A stretch of 64,000 bases of DNA from Rickettsiales bacterium (GTDB lineage: Bacteria; Pseudomonadota; Alphaproteobacteria; Rickettsiales; JAIXRX01), in the NCBI GenBank assembly GCA_965247145.1, contig CBDFGH010000001.1, forward strand, positions 513,164-577,163. Reading direction: 5' to 3'. The position numbers and the translations under genes are program-made. This document shows positions 36,341 to 45,425 of the stretch, piece by piece. Under the pieces are notes generated by a model, which saw only the letters and a list, made by a program, of their open reading frames with translations, ran no database searches and was not told the DNA's origin. Position 1 is the first letter of the stretch; each line of letters opens with the position of its first letter.

Positions 36341-36417
36341 TGGTCGGAGTGAGAGGATTCGAACCTCCGGCCTCTACGTCCCGAACGTAGCGCTCTACCA
36401 GGCTGAGCTACACTCCG
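36341..36417 (-). tRNA. tRNA-Pro (CGG)
   Basis: Folded by hand. Acceptor CGGAGTG/CACTCCG, D arm GCTC..GAGC, anticodon arm CTACG-TTCGGGA-CGTAG, T arm GGAGG-TTCGAAT-CCTCT, encoded CCA. 77 nt. Confidence 0.9.
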
Positions 36418-36568
36418 ATGCCGATGCGTGCCGCTGGTCATCTGCATGCCTAGCGGTGCGGGTGGCAGGGGTAGCGTGGATGCAGTGGAGTGTCAAGCGC
36501 TAGGGCGGCGCTGTGTCGCTTTGGGGAATGCCATCACCAGGGCTGGATCAGCTCGCATCGTAGCGCGA

Positions 36569-37603
36569 TCAGCGGGTACGATGCACGCCGGAATCGGCCA
36601 GCGCGATGAGCGCGGCGCGGGCGGCATTGGCAGGAAAGGCGTCGAGTTCGCGTTTGGCTTGTTCCGCGATCTCGCGGGCGCGGGCGACGCTGCGCTCGAT
36701 GGCGCAATGACGCTGCATCAGCCGCAGCGCCTCTGCCAGATCCTGTTCGGTCTGCGTTTGTTCGCCCAGGGTGCGTTTCCAGAAATCACGCTCCGTCGCG
36801 TCGCCGTCCTGCCAGGCGAGGATGGTGGGCAGGGTGATCTTGCCTTCGCGGAAATCGTCGCCCAGATTCTTGCCCAGGGTCTGCGCATCCGCCGCGTAAT
36901 CCAATGCGTCATCGACGATCTGGAAGGCGGTGCCGAGCAGCATGCCGAAACGGCGCAGGCGCGCCTCGTCCTCCGGCCGCTCGCTGACGATGGCGCCCAC
37001 CTCGCAACCGGCGGCGAACAAGGCGGCGGTCTTGCCCTCGATCACGCGGAAATAATCCTGCTCGCTGGTTTCCGGGTGGCCCGCGATGGAGAGCTGGAGA
37101 ATTTCACCCTGCGTGATGGTGGCCGCCGCATCCGAGAGCACGCGCAATACATCCAGGCTGCCATCCGCCACCATCAGCTGGAAGGCGCGGCTGAGCAGGA
37201 AATCACCCACCAGCACGCTGGCCTTGTTGCCCCACAGGTCGTTCGCGGTGGCCAGGCCGCGGCGCAGGTGGCTTTCATCCACCACATCGTCATGCAGCAG
37301 CGTGGCGGTGTGGATGAGTTCGACGCAGGCGGCCAACGCGATGTGGCGGGTGCCCTGATAGCCGCATAATTGCGCGCTGGCGAGGGTGAGGGAAGGGCGC
37401 AGGCGCTTGCCGCCCGCTTGCATGAGATGCTCACCCACGGCGCGGATGAGCGGTTCTTCGCATTCCAATTGGCGCGCCAGAGCGGTGTTTACGTCCAGCA
37501 GTTCCTTCGCCACCAGATCGTGCAGCGGCACGGCGGGCGCGGTGGTAGCGAGCGTTTCGCCGCTGAAAGAATCAAGTGCGCGGGAGATCAGGCTGGAAGC
37601 CAT
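36569..37603 (-). CDS. ispB: polyprenyl (octaprenyl-type) diphosphate synthase
   Basis: First DDxxD-type motif in LLHDDVVDES (ATLLHDDVVDESHLRRG). Second DDxxD motif in FQIVDDALDY (GTAFQIVDDALDY). KRLRP near the N-terminus. Confidence 0.85.
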   Translation of the reverse strand: MASSLISRALDSFSGETLATTAPAVPLHDLVAKELLDVNTALARQLECEEPLIRAVGEHLMQAGGKRLRPSLTLASAQLCGYQGTRHIALAACVELIHTATLLHDDVVDESHLRRGLATANDLWGNKASVLVGDFLLSRAFQLMVADGSLDVLRVLSDAAATITQGEILQLSIAGHPETSEQDYFRVIEGKTAALFAAGCEVGAIVSERPEDEARLRRFGMLLGTAFQIVDDALDYAADAQTLGKNLGDDFREGKITLPTILAWQDGDATERDFWKRTLGEQTQTEQDLAEALRLMQRHCAIERSVARAREIAEQAKRELDAFPANAARAALIALADSGVHRTR

Positions 37604-37695
37604 AGAAGTGAATATACCAGGGCAGGGCGCGGGCGCCGGGAGGAATGGTTATGCTTTTAAAGGCCAAGCACTGCCGCGTCTAGGCCATTTCTGCA

Positions 37696-39558
37696 CTAGG
37701 CCATTACGCCCGAACCGCGAGGTTTGAAACTTTCCAGCGGGTTTTCGGGAAATTCGGGGCTGTGTTGGAAGGCGATCTGGCCTTTATAGCCGGTCAATTG
37801 CGCCCCGGATTCGAAGATGGATTGGATATCGGCGCGTTGGGTGGCACTCAATTCCCGTTTGCAGCGAAGAATGAGATCGAACTGCGTGGCTTGCGGGCCG
37901 GGTTTGCGCACGAAGCCGCACAGCTGCATATCGCCTAAGGAAGAAAGCGTCAGTTCGAGCACGAAGCGCGTATCCGGCACCTTGTCTTCGGTGGATTCCT
38001 TTTCATCCTGCGGATGGCGGCGCACGAACAGGCGCGCCTGGTGCAGCTGTCCTTCGGCATAGACCGGAAAAAGCAGCGCCTGCCATTGCGGGGAGGGGCT
38101 ATGCAACAGCGGTTCTCCGAGTGCCGCGAAATCGTCGCCCAGGCGGCGAATCAGATCCTGCCGTCCGCGCCCCGCCAACTGGCCTGCCGCCGCTTTGCCG
38201 ATCCATTGCATGGCATCGCCTTGCTGCAGAGCGTTCAGGAAAAACAGAATGTCCATGCCCATTGCACCATTTGGCTGGGGCAGATGGGCTAGCGGGGATG
38301 CGCCGGGTGGCAGATTGGCGGCGAGCAAAGAGACCGTGTCTTCCAAACTGGCCCAATGGTCGGTCAAGGGCAGCCAGCCGCCGGATGGGGGAAGCGGCGC
38401 GCCGGGCGGGGCGGATGCGGTGGAAGCGGAGGACGGGTTGGCGGCACTCAACCATTGTATTTGAACCTGCATGCCTTCGCTCAGCGGCAGGCCGGGGGTC
38501 TGCGGCATGCGGACGACACCGAGCGGTGTGTGCAGCAATGCGTCCCCGTTGGCCTCAAAGCCGATGACCTGGGCTTGAAACTGCGTCGGGTTTGGGGTTT
38601 GCGTGGCCGCAGATTGCGGTTGATTCACCAGCGCTTCGCCGCTCATCGCGGCCAAGGCATTCTGCAGCGTGGCTTGCGCCACGGGTGCAGCGGCGGGTTG
38701 AAGAGGAACAGAAACGACCGCAGCCGCCGTCAGCGGGTTTTCTATGGCGGAAGACGGGAGGCGCTGGTTCATCCGCTCCAGCATCTGGCCGAAACTGAGC
38801 GCATTGGTGGGAGCCGCTTCAGGAGTAAGGCTGCCGGAAGGCGGTGCAGGAATTTCGTAAGCAAGCATCTGCAATTGCAATATACTACCGCTTTGCAGGC
38901 GTGGGGGCACAGGAAAACCGGCAGGCAAGCGCTGCAGCAAGGCGGGCAGATCGGCACTGCGGGAAAGCAGGAAACCTTGCTGAGGCTGTGCGGGTACAGA
39001 GGCTTCCGATGACGCTTCGGGCAAAGACAAAGCAGGAGCCGGTGCGGTTTTTGATTCAGCGGCGCGCAGCACGGTGGCGGGGTTGGTGTCGCCGGGCAGC
39101 GTGGCCAGTTGTTGCGCGAGCTGCTGCGATTGTTGAACAGGGTCTCGCATGGCGGCCTGGGCCGCGGCGCGGGCCACGGTGGGGGTGAGACTCACCGCAT
39201 CCTGCGTCAGCGCCGCTTCGCCCGGATTAAGGCTCAACTGCGCTTCGTAATCCTTCGGGCTCTGGCCATCGATGCTGACGATGCGGGCGCGCATGCCGCC
39301 GCCGGGGGCGGCTTCCATCCGCAGTACCACATCCGTGCCGCTTGGCAGGTGGTAGGGAAGTTTGAGCGCGAGGTTGCCCTGGTCGCTTTTCAGCAGCGGC
39401 TCGCCGCTCTGGTCCATGCCGAAGATGGTGCCGCTGACCATCTGCCCGATCTGGGCCTTGAGCATGGTCGGATTCTGCGTCGAATCCGCAATCTCGGGCG
39501 CGACGGAACGGATGGTGATCAAGCCGCCTTGTGCCAGGGGTGTGACGGCATCGACCAT
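37696..39558 (-). CDS. flagellar-cluster protein, possible divergent hook-length control protein FliK
   Basis: 620 aa, Pro/Ala/Gln/Ser-rich low-complexity centre. The C-terminal block ..TRFVLELTLSSLGDMQLCGFVRKP..FDLILRCKRELSATQRADIQSIFESGAQLTG.. resembles the FliK Flg_hook pattern (L-x-P-x-LG..V....). Directly follows flhG. Confidence 0.35.
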   Translation of the reverse strand: MVDAVTPLAQGGLITIRSVAPEIADSTQNPTMLKAQIGQMVSGTIFGMDQSGEPLLKSDQGNLALKLPYHLPSGTDVVLRMEAAPGGGMRARIVSIDGQSPKDYEAQLSLNPGEAALTQDAVSLTPTVARAAAQAAMRDPVQQSQQLAQQLATLPGDTNPATVLRAAESKTAPAPALSLPEASSEASVPAQPQQGFLLSRSADLPALLQRLPAGFPVPPRLQSGSILQLQMLAYEIPAPPSGSLTPEAAPTNALSFGQMLERMNQRLPSSAIENPLTAAAVVSVPLQPAAAPVAQATLQNALAAMSGEALVNQPQSAATQTPNPTQFQAQVIGFEANGDALLHTPLGVVRMPQTPGLPLSEGMQVQIQWLSAANPSSASTASAPPGAPLPPSGGWLPLTDHWASLEDTVSLLAANLPPGASPLAHLPQPNGAMGMDILFFLNALQQGDAMQWIGKAAAGQLAGRGRQDLIRRLGDDFAALGEPLLHSPSPQWQALLFPVYAEGQLHQARLFVRRHPQDEKESTEDKVPDTRFVLELTLSSLGDMQLCGFVRKPGPQATQFDLILRCKRELSATQRADIQSIFESGAQLTGYKGQIAFQHSPEFPENPLESFKPRGSGVMA

Positions 39559-39562
39559 GGCG

Positions 39563-40372
39563 CTAGCGGTCCTGCATCAGTTTGATGGAGATAGTCGCCA
39601 TATCGGTCGCTGCGGTGCTGTGAGGGGCGGTGACGATCATGGAGCTTTGCGCGCGGATGGTGTCGCGCACCTTGTTGTCGCGGCGGATGACGCCGAGCAG
39701 CGGCGGCGAGACCTTGAGGAAGGTGGTGCAGGCGCGGTTCAACGAATCATAGGTTTTCTGCCCGTCTTTGGCGGTGCTGGCCTGGTTCACGGCGATCAGC
39801 ATCTGCGGCACGCTGGGCATGTTTTTGCCGAGCTTGATGAAAGCGTAGGCGTCCGTCAGCGAGGTCGGCTCGTCCGTGATCACCACCACACAGCGGCTGG
39901 CGACGGCGGCGAGGAAGCGCACGTGTTTTTCGATGCCCGCGCCGAGATCGAGGATCACATGATCGTAGTCTTTCGCGATGTCGAGAATATCCAGGCGCAG
40001 CTGCAGCAATTGTTCGCTGGTAAGATCGGTGAGGTTCCCCGTGCCGCTGCGCCCGGCAATCACGTCGAAGCCGCCATCCTCATAGCGTGTGATGGTTTCC
40101 TGCAGGGTGCATTTGCCCGCGAATACGCTGCCCAGATCGCGCGCGGGGGTGATGCCGAGCTGCACATCCACATTCGCCAGCCCGATATCGCCATCGAACA
40201 ATATGGTGCGACGACCGGAGCGGGCAAGCAGATGCGCCAGCGTGATCGAGAACCAGGTTTTACCCACGCCGCCCTTGCCGGAAGCGACCGCGATGATGTT
40301 GTGGTTTGCCTTCGCGGGCAGTTGGTCCGAAGGGTGCGGCGGGTTCAGCGGGTCGATATCGTTGTCGAACAT
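39563..40372 (-). CDS. flhG: MinD/ParA-family flagellar number regulator FlhG (FleN/MotR)
   Basis: Deviant Walker A VASGKGGVGKT, and ..ILDLGAG... Follows flhF. Confidence 0.8.
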   Translation of the reverse strand: MFDNDIDPLNPPHPSDQLPAKANHNIIAVASGKGGVGKTWFSITLAHLLARSGRRTILFDGDIGLANVDVQLGITPARDLGSVFAGKCTLQETITRYEDGGFDVIAGRSGTGNLTDLTSEQLLQLRLDILDIAKDYDHVILDLGAGIEKHVRFLAAVASRCVVVITDEPTSLTDAYAFIKLGKNMPSVPQMLIAVNQASTAKDGQKTYDSLNRACTTFLKVSPPLLGVIRRDNKVRDTIRAQSSMIVTAPHSTAATDMATISIKLMQDR

Positions 40373-40398
40373 ATTATTGGCTCCAGTTGTCCAGTTGG

Positions 40399-41496
40399 TT
40401 ATGGACGGTCGGGTTGGTTAAGGCGGTATTGCATGAGCATGCTGCTCAGCACTTCGGCGTTCAGTGTCACGAAATCGCCGGATATCTTGGGCGAGCCGCT
40501 GGCATGGCAGAAAGCGGCGCCCAACGCATGGGCGGCGGCCATCAGGCTGCCGTAGCGGCGGGCGGCGTCCGTGCGGGTGATGAGCAGATGCTTGATGCCG
40601 GTGATGATCTGGAAAGCGCGGGCGGTGAATTCCGCTTCCGCCGCATCCAGGCCTGCGGGCAGCACCAGCACGGGCTCGATGCCGCCGATCTGCAGCAGTT
40701 CGGCCAGTTCTTTCAACTCTCGCGCGTCATAGGCATTCGCGCCCGCACTGTCGATCAGCGTGCATTCCATCGGCGGCAGTTTCTGCAGCAAAGTCTTCAA
40801 TTCTTCTTTGGTCTGCGCGATGCGCAGCGGCACGCCGAGGATGGTGGTGAGCATCTGCAATTGTTCGATGCCGCCCGCGCGGGTGTTATCGGTCGTGATC
40901 ACATGGAAGCGGCGCTTCTCCATTTTCAACCGTGCGGCGATTTTCGCCACCGCCGTGGTCTTGCCCGCGCCGGATGGGCCGACGAACATGATGCGGTGGT
41001 TGTTGTCCAGCGTGATGGGGGCGAACTGGAAAAACACATCCATCACCTGGTCCAGCGCTTTTTTCACCCCGCCGAAATTCAACCCCGGGGGCAGCGGCAT
41101 GAAGCGCGCGGTTTCCAGCAGCTTTTCCAGAATCGCCTGCGGCGTGCCGTGATAGCGCAGCACGGTTTCCAGCTCGCGCAATTGCTGGCCGCGCGCATTG
41201 TCGATGTCGGGTCGGCTTTCCGGCATGTGCGCGCTTTGCTTCTGCGGCGCATAGGCAGGGTTGGGGATGAACTGGTGTTCGGAAGCGGGCTCGAATCCCT
41301 GTCCATTCGTATATTGCCCGTTCATCGGCACCAGGCGCTCATCCTCGGCTTCCTCATCCATGCCTACGGTAACAACGACGCCTTTGCCACCCGGCACGTT
41401 TTTGGACGAGAGGATCACCGCATCCTCGCCCATCTGGGCGCGAATGGCTTCCATCGCCTCGTTCATGCTATGGGCTTGGAAAGTGCGGAGGCGCAT
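40399..41496 (-). CDS. flhF: flagellar biosynthesis GTPase FlhF (SRP family)
   Basis: MRLRTFQAHSMNEAMEAIRAQMGEDAVILSS N-domain. G1 VGPSGAGKTT, ..TTDNTRAGGIEQL.., ..LIDSAGAN... Confidence 0.85.
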   Translation of the reverse strand: MRLRTFQAHSMNEAMEAIRAQMGEDAVILSSKNVPGGKGVVVTVGMDEEAEDERLVPMNGQYTNGQGFEPASEHQFIPNPAYAPQKQSAHMPESRPDIDNARGQQLRELETVLRYHGTPQAILEKLLETARFMPLPPGLNFGGVKKALDQVMDVFFQFAPITLDNNHRIMFVGPSGAGKTTAVAKIAARLKMEKRRFHVITTDNTRAGGIEQLQMLTTILGVPLRIAQTKEELKTLLQKLPPMECTLIDSAGANAYDARELKELAELLQIGGIEPVLVLPAGLDAAEAEFTARAFQIITGIKHLLITRTDAARRYGSLMAAAHALGAAFCHASGSPKISGDFVTLNAEVLSSMLMQYRLNQPDRP

Positions 41497-41521
41497 GGTT
41501 AAGCCCCGCCCGCCGCAAGCG

Positions 41522-41610
41522 TGTCATCCTGCGCGCAGTCGCAGGATCCCGTGCCGCATTGCTTTGTGCCAAGACAATGATGAGATCCTGCGACTGCGCG
41601 CAGGATGACG
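41522..41610. repeat. palindromic repeat family 1, copy 3
   Basis: GTCATCCTGCGCGCAGTCGCAGGATCC and its complement GATCCTGCGACTGCGCGCAGGATGACG. Lies between the flhA stop and the flhF start, inside the operon. Confidence 0.9.
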
Positions 41611-41638
41611 GCATTAAAAGGATTGCGATTCGGCTGCA

Positions 41639-43834
41639 TTACACCTGTCCCAAAGTTTTGATTTTCGCCTTGGCGTGGATCTCGTTTTGCGAGAGCACCA
41701 CGGTGCTGGAGCGGAAGCGTTCGACGATGGAGCGGACGTAAGGACGGATCGCCGGACTTGTCAATAAGATGGGCATGTCGCCCTGCATGGCCAGCGCATC
41801 GAACTTGCCGCGCACGGCGGTGATGAATTCTTGAATCTTGGTGGGGGCCATGCTCAAGCTGCGCTCCTCGCCCTGCCCATCGAGCGATTCGACGAAGATG
41901 CGTTCCCATTGCGGCGAGAGCGCGAGGATGGGGATGAAACCTTCCGGCGTGGTGTTGGCGTGGCTGATCTGGCGGCTTAGCCGCGTGCGCACATGTTCGG
42001 TGAGAAGCGTCACATTCTGCGTGATGCGGCTAGCTTCGGCCACCGCTTCCATGATGGCGGAAAGATCGCGGATGGATATCTGCTCGGCCAGCATGTTCTG
42101 CAGAATGCGCTGCACGCCGGAAACGCTGATCTGGCTCGGCACCGTTTCGGCGATCAGTTTCTGCTGCGTCTTCGGCAAATCGTCCAGCAGCTTCTGCGTT
42201 TCGGCATAGGAAAGCAGGTCGGACATATTGTCCTTGATCAGCTCGGTCAGGTGCGTGGTGACCACGGTAGGGGGATCGACCACGGTGAAGTTGCGGAACA
42301 AAGCTTCCTCACGGTAATTCTCGGGGATCCACATGGCGGGCAGCCCAAAGGTCGGCTCGGTGGTTTCCTCGCCAGGCAACCCAATCGGGCCGCCGCTCGG
42401 GTTCATCACCAGCAGCATGTCCGGGCGAATATCGCCGCGGCCGCATTCGATCTCCTTCACCTTGATGACATAAGTATTGGCGGGCAGTTGCATATTGTCT
42501 TGAATCCGCACGGGCGGAATCACGAAACCCATATCCTTCGCCATCTGCTTGCGCAGCGCCTTGATCTGTTCGGTCAGGCGGTGGCCTTTCTGGTAGTTGA
42601 TCAGCGGCAGGAGACCGTAGCCCAATTCCAAGCGCAGATTGTCGATCTGCATCGCTTCCACCAAGCCGTCATCCGCACTCATGGCAGGCGTACTGCCGCC
42701 TGGCCCGGCTTGGCCCGCCGCGCCGCCGGATGCACCGGCCGCCCCACCCTTGCCCATCGGCACCCCGATGCGTCCGTCTTCCTCCAGCGCGCGGGGATGC
42801 TTCATGAGATACCAGGCGAGATAGCCGGTGACGCTGCCGAGGAAGGCGAAGGGCGGGAAGGGGATGCCGGGCAGCACACCCATCATGAACAAAGTCGCAC
42901 TGGTCAGGCCCATGGCGGCGGGGAAGCGCGTGATCTGCGCCACCAGCATCTTGTCCGCGCTGCCGGAAATACCCGCTTTGGTCACGAGCATCCCGGCGGC
43001 GGTGGAAACGATGAGCGCGGGCACCTGGCTCACCAGCCCGTCCCCTACCGTAAGCACGGTGTAGGTGTGCACGGCCTGGGTAAAAGTCAGATCGTTTTGA
43101 ATGACGCCGATGAGAATGCCACCGATGCCGTTGATGAAGGTAATCAGCAGCCCGGCGATCGCATCCCCGCGCACGAATTTGCTGGCCCCGTCCATTGCCC
43201 CGAAGAAGGTGTTCTCGTCTTCCAGTTCCTTGCGGCGGGCCTTGGCGGTGGCTTCGTCCACCAGACCCGCGCCCAAGTCGGCGTCGATCGCCATCTGCTT
43301 GCCGGGCATGGCGTCCAAGGAGAAACGCGCCGAGACTTCGGCGATGCGGCCCGAACCCTTGGTGATGACCACGAAATTGATGATGGTGAGGATGGCGAAG
43401 ATGATGACGCCGATGACGATGTTGCCCTGCATGACGAACTGCCCGAAGGCCTCGATCACATGCCCCGCCGCCGCCGTGCCCTCATGGCCTTTACTCAGGA
43501 TCAACCGCGTGCTGGCGATGTTGAGCGACAGGCGCAACATGGTGGAGACGAGCAGGATGGTGGGGAAGGTATTGAGGTTGAGCGGCTTATCCACGAAGAG
43601 CGAGGTCATCAGGATCAGCACCGCGATGGTGATCGAGAGGCCAAGCATGAGATCGAGCAGCATGCTCGGCATCGGGAACAGAAGCACCGTGATGATGCCC
43701 ATGATCGCGATGGCGAAGAAGATGTCCCCCCGCTTCGCCGCCGCGCGCAGATTCGCCATGCCCACGCTGGCTTTCGCATTGCCTGGAAGCGCGGGGACTT
43801 CAGCCATGCGTGTCGCTGCCCTTCGGGCGATCAT
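41639..43834 (-). CDS. flhA: flagellar type III export apparatus protein FlhA
   Basis: 731-aa ORF. Motifs: FPTILLVSTMLRLSLNIASTRLIL, GSGRIAEVSARFSLDAMPGKQMAIDADL, and a C-terminal cytoplasmic domain. The true start may be ATG 43807 (MAEVPAL..). Confidence 0.95.
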   Translation of the reverse strand: MIARRAATRMAEVPALPGNAKASVGMANLRAAAKRGDIFFAIAIMGIITVLLFPMPSMLLDLMLGLSITIAVLILMTSLFVDKPLNLNTFPTILLVSTMLRLSLNIASTRLILSKGHEGTAAAGHVIEAFGQFVMQGNIVIGVIIFAILTIINFVVITKGSGRIAEVSARFSLDAMPGKQMAIDADLGAGLVDEATAKARRKELEDENTFFGAMDGASKFVRGDAIAGLLITFINGIGGILIGVIQNDLTFTQAVHTYTVLTVGDGLVSQVPALIVSTAAGMLVTKAGISGSADKMLVAQITRFPAAMGLTSATLFMMGVLPGIPFPPFAFLGSVTGYLAWYLMKHPRALEEDGRIGVPMGKGGAAGASGGAAGQAGPGGSTPAMSADDGLVEAMQIDNLRLELGYGLLPLINYQKGHRLTEQIKALRKQMAKDMGFVIPPVRIQDNMQLPANTYVIKVKEIECGRGDIRPDMLLVMNPSGGPIGLPGEETTEPTFGLPAMWIPENYREEALFRNFTVVDPPTVVTTHLTELIKDNMSDLLSYAETQKLLDDLPKTQQKLIAETVPSQISVSGVQRILQNMLAEQISIRDLSAIMEAVAEASRITQNVTLLTEHVRTRLSRQISHANTTPEGFIPILALSPQWERIFVESLDGQGEERSLSMAPTKIQEFITAVRGKFDALAMQGDMPILLTSPAIRPYVRSIVERFRSSTVVLSQNEIHAKAKIKTLGQV

Positions 43835-43896
43835 TCGATAATTCGATGATTCGATGATTCACCTTGTGCATCGACTCATCGAATAATCGAATCATC
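43833..43896. promoter_or_regulatory. 8-bp-periodic ATTCGAT repeat array forming a large imperfect palindrome upstream of flhA
   Basis: ATTCGATN starts at 43833, 43841 and 43849, with a partial copy at 43857. The inverted ATCGA[AC]T starts at 43870, 43878 and 43886. The arms 43837-43857 and 43876-43896 pair at 19 of 21 positions. Confidence 0.45.
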
Positions 43897-43921
43897 CCAT
43901 CATCGGAGCGCAGCGACATCC

Positions 43922-45280
43922 TCACTCCCCACCCCCCGAATGCGGCGGTACGAATTCACCGGCGTCGCCGTACAGCTTCAGCTTGTTGCGCAGGGTGCGG
44001 ATGGAGATGCCGAGGATGTTGGCGGCGTGGGTGCGGTTGCCGAGGCAATGGTTGAGGGTATCGAGAATCAGATCCTGCTCCACGCTATCCAGCGTGCGCC
44101 CCACCAGATCGTTGCGCTGCGGGGCGGCGGCGGGTTGCGCCGCCGTGACCAAGGGAATAGCGATGGGCGGAGTGGCGTTGCCCGCGCTGGGCAGCAGAAT
44201 GGCAGGTGCGCCGATCTCGCTGCCGGTGGCCATCAGCACGGCGCGGTGCATGGTATTTTCCAGTTCGCGCACGTTGCCCGGCCAGCCGTAAGCCTGCAAT
44301 TTTGCCAGGGCCTCCGGCGCCAGCGGGCGCTTCGGCACACCGTTGGCGGACGAATATTTCTCGATGAAATGGGCCGCGACGGGCGCGATGTCTTCCGGCC
44401 GCTCGCGCAAAGGCGGTAGTTCCACCTGAATGACGTTCAGGCGATAGAGCAGATCCTCGCGGAACTTGCCTTCCTTCACGGCTTCATTGAGGTCGCGGTT
44501 CGAGGTGGCAAGAATGCGAATATCGATCTTCACCGGCTTGCTGCCGCCCACGCGGTCGATCTCGCGCTCCTGGATCACGCGCAGCAATTTCGCCTGCAGG
44601 CGGATGTCCATTTCGGTAATTTCATCGAGCAGCAAAGTGCCGAGGTTCGCTTCCTCGAACTTGCCCACACGGCGCGCCAAAGCGCCGGTGAAGGCGCCTT
44701 TTTCATGGCCGAACAATTCGGATTCCAGCAGATTATCCGGAATGGCGGCGCAGTTCACGCTGATGAAAGCGCGGTCTGCGCGTTTGCTTTTGCGATGGAT
44801 GTAGCGGGCGATGACTTCCTTGCCTGTGCCGGAAGGGCCAGTGATGAGCACGCTTGCATCACTCGGGGCGATCTGGTCGGCGAAGGCGAGGACAGCCACC
44901 ATTTTCCCGCCGCCATGCAGAAGATTGTGCGATTCCTCGGTGATGGCTTCCAGCACGGCGGCGATCAGCGCTTCGTCAGGGGGCAGGGGCAGATATTCTT
45001 TTGCGCCGGATTTGATGGCTTTCACCGCCGCTTGCGAATCATGCTCCACCCCGCAGGCGATGACGGGCACGACGATGCGCTCGGCTTCCAATGATTTGAT
45101 AAGGCGGCTTACATCCGCCTTCGCCTCGATCATCACGAGATCCGCGCCCGAACCGCCGCGCAGGGAAGCGAGCGCGGAATCGATATCCGCCACCTGCGTC
45201 ACCTTCGCGCCGCGCCCGCGCGCAATGCGCGTCGCCGCACCGATTTGTCCTTCTAGATCGCCGATGATGAGTAGGCGCAT
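43922..45280 (-). CDS. flbD: sigma-54-dependent flagellar transcriptional regulator FlbD/FleR-like (degenerate receiver, AAA+, Fis-type HTH)
   Basis: AAA+ core: GPSGTGKE, GAFTGA, ELFGHEKGAFTGA, GTLLLDEI. Also the C-terminal HTH ..NRTHAANILGISIRTLRNKLK... Position after fliN as in the Caulobacter fliF operon. Confidence 0.8.
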   Translation of the reverse strand: MRLLIIGDLEGQIGAATRIARGRGAKVTQVADIDSALASLRGGSGADLVMIEAKADVSRLIKSLEAERIVVPVIACGVEHDSQAAVKAIKSGAKEYLPLPPDEALIAAVLEAITEESHNLLHGGGKMVAVLAFADQIAPSDASVLITGPSGTGKEVIARYIHRKSKRADRAFISVNCAAIPDNLLESELFGHEKGAFTGALARRVGKFEEANLGTLLLDEITEMDIRLQAKLLRVIQEREIDRVGGSKPVKIDIRILATSNRDLNEAVKEGKFREDLLYRLNVIQVELPPLRERPEDIAPVAAHFIEKYSSANGVPKRPLAPEALAKLQAYGWPGNVRELENTMHRAVLMATGSEIGAPAILLPSAGNATPPIAIPLVTAAQPAAAPQRNDLVGRTLDSVEQDLILDTLNHCLGNRTHAANILGISIRTLRNKLKLYGDAGEFVPPHSGGGE

Positions 45281-45294
45281 ACTTATCCTTTCTT

Positions 45295-45423
45295 CGTCAT
45301 TCCCCGAATCGTGAAGCGATTACAGGGGAATCCACACAAATCTATCGTCTGGCATGTACGGTGAGTGCGGTACCGGCAGTATGGATTCCCCTATAATTTC
45401 CTGCGGAAATTCGGGGAATGACC
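45295..45423. repeat. palindromic repeat family 2 (about 129 bp; CGTCATTCCCCGAAT termini, ATTACAGGGGAATCCACA subterminal arms)
   Basis: Left end CGTCATTCCCCGAATCG..GATTACAGGGGAATCCACAC. Right end ..ATGGATTCCCCTATAATTT..AAATTCGGGGAATGAC. Lies between the flbD start and the fliN stop. Sister copy at 55628-55756. Confidence 0.85.
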
Positions 45424-45425
45424 GC

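Noticed and set aside
36232-36447. 71-aa ORF on the minus strand, and likewise the 66-aa plus-strand ORF at 22289-22489.
   Set aside because: They are read-throughs of tRNA-Pro and tRNA-His respectively. The tRNA cloverleaves explain the sequence.
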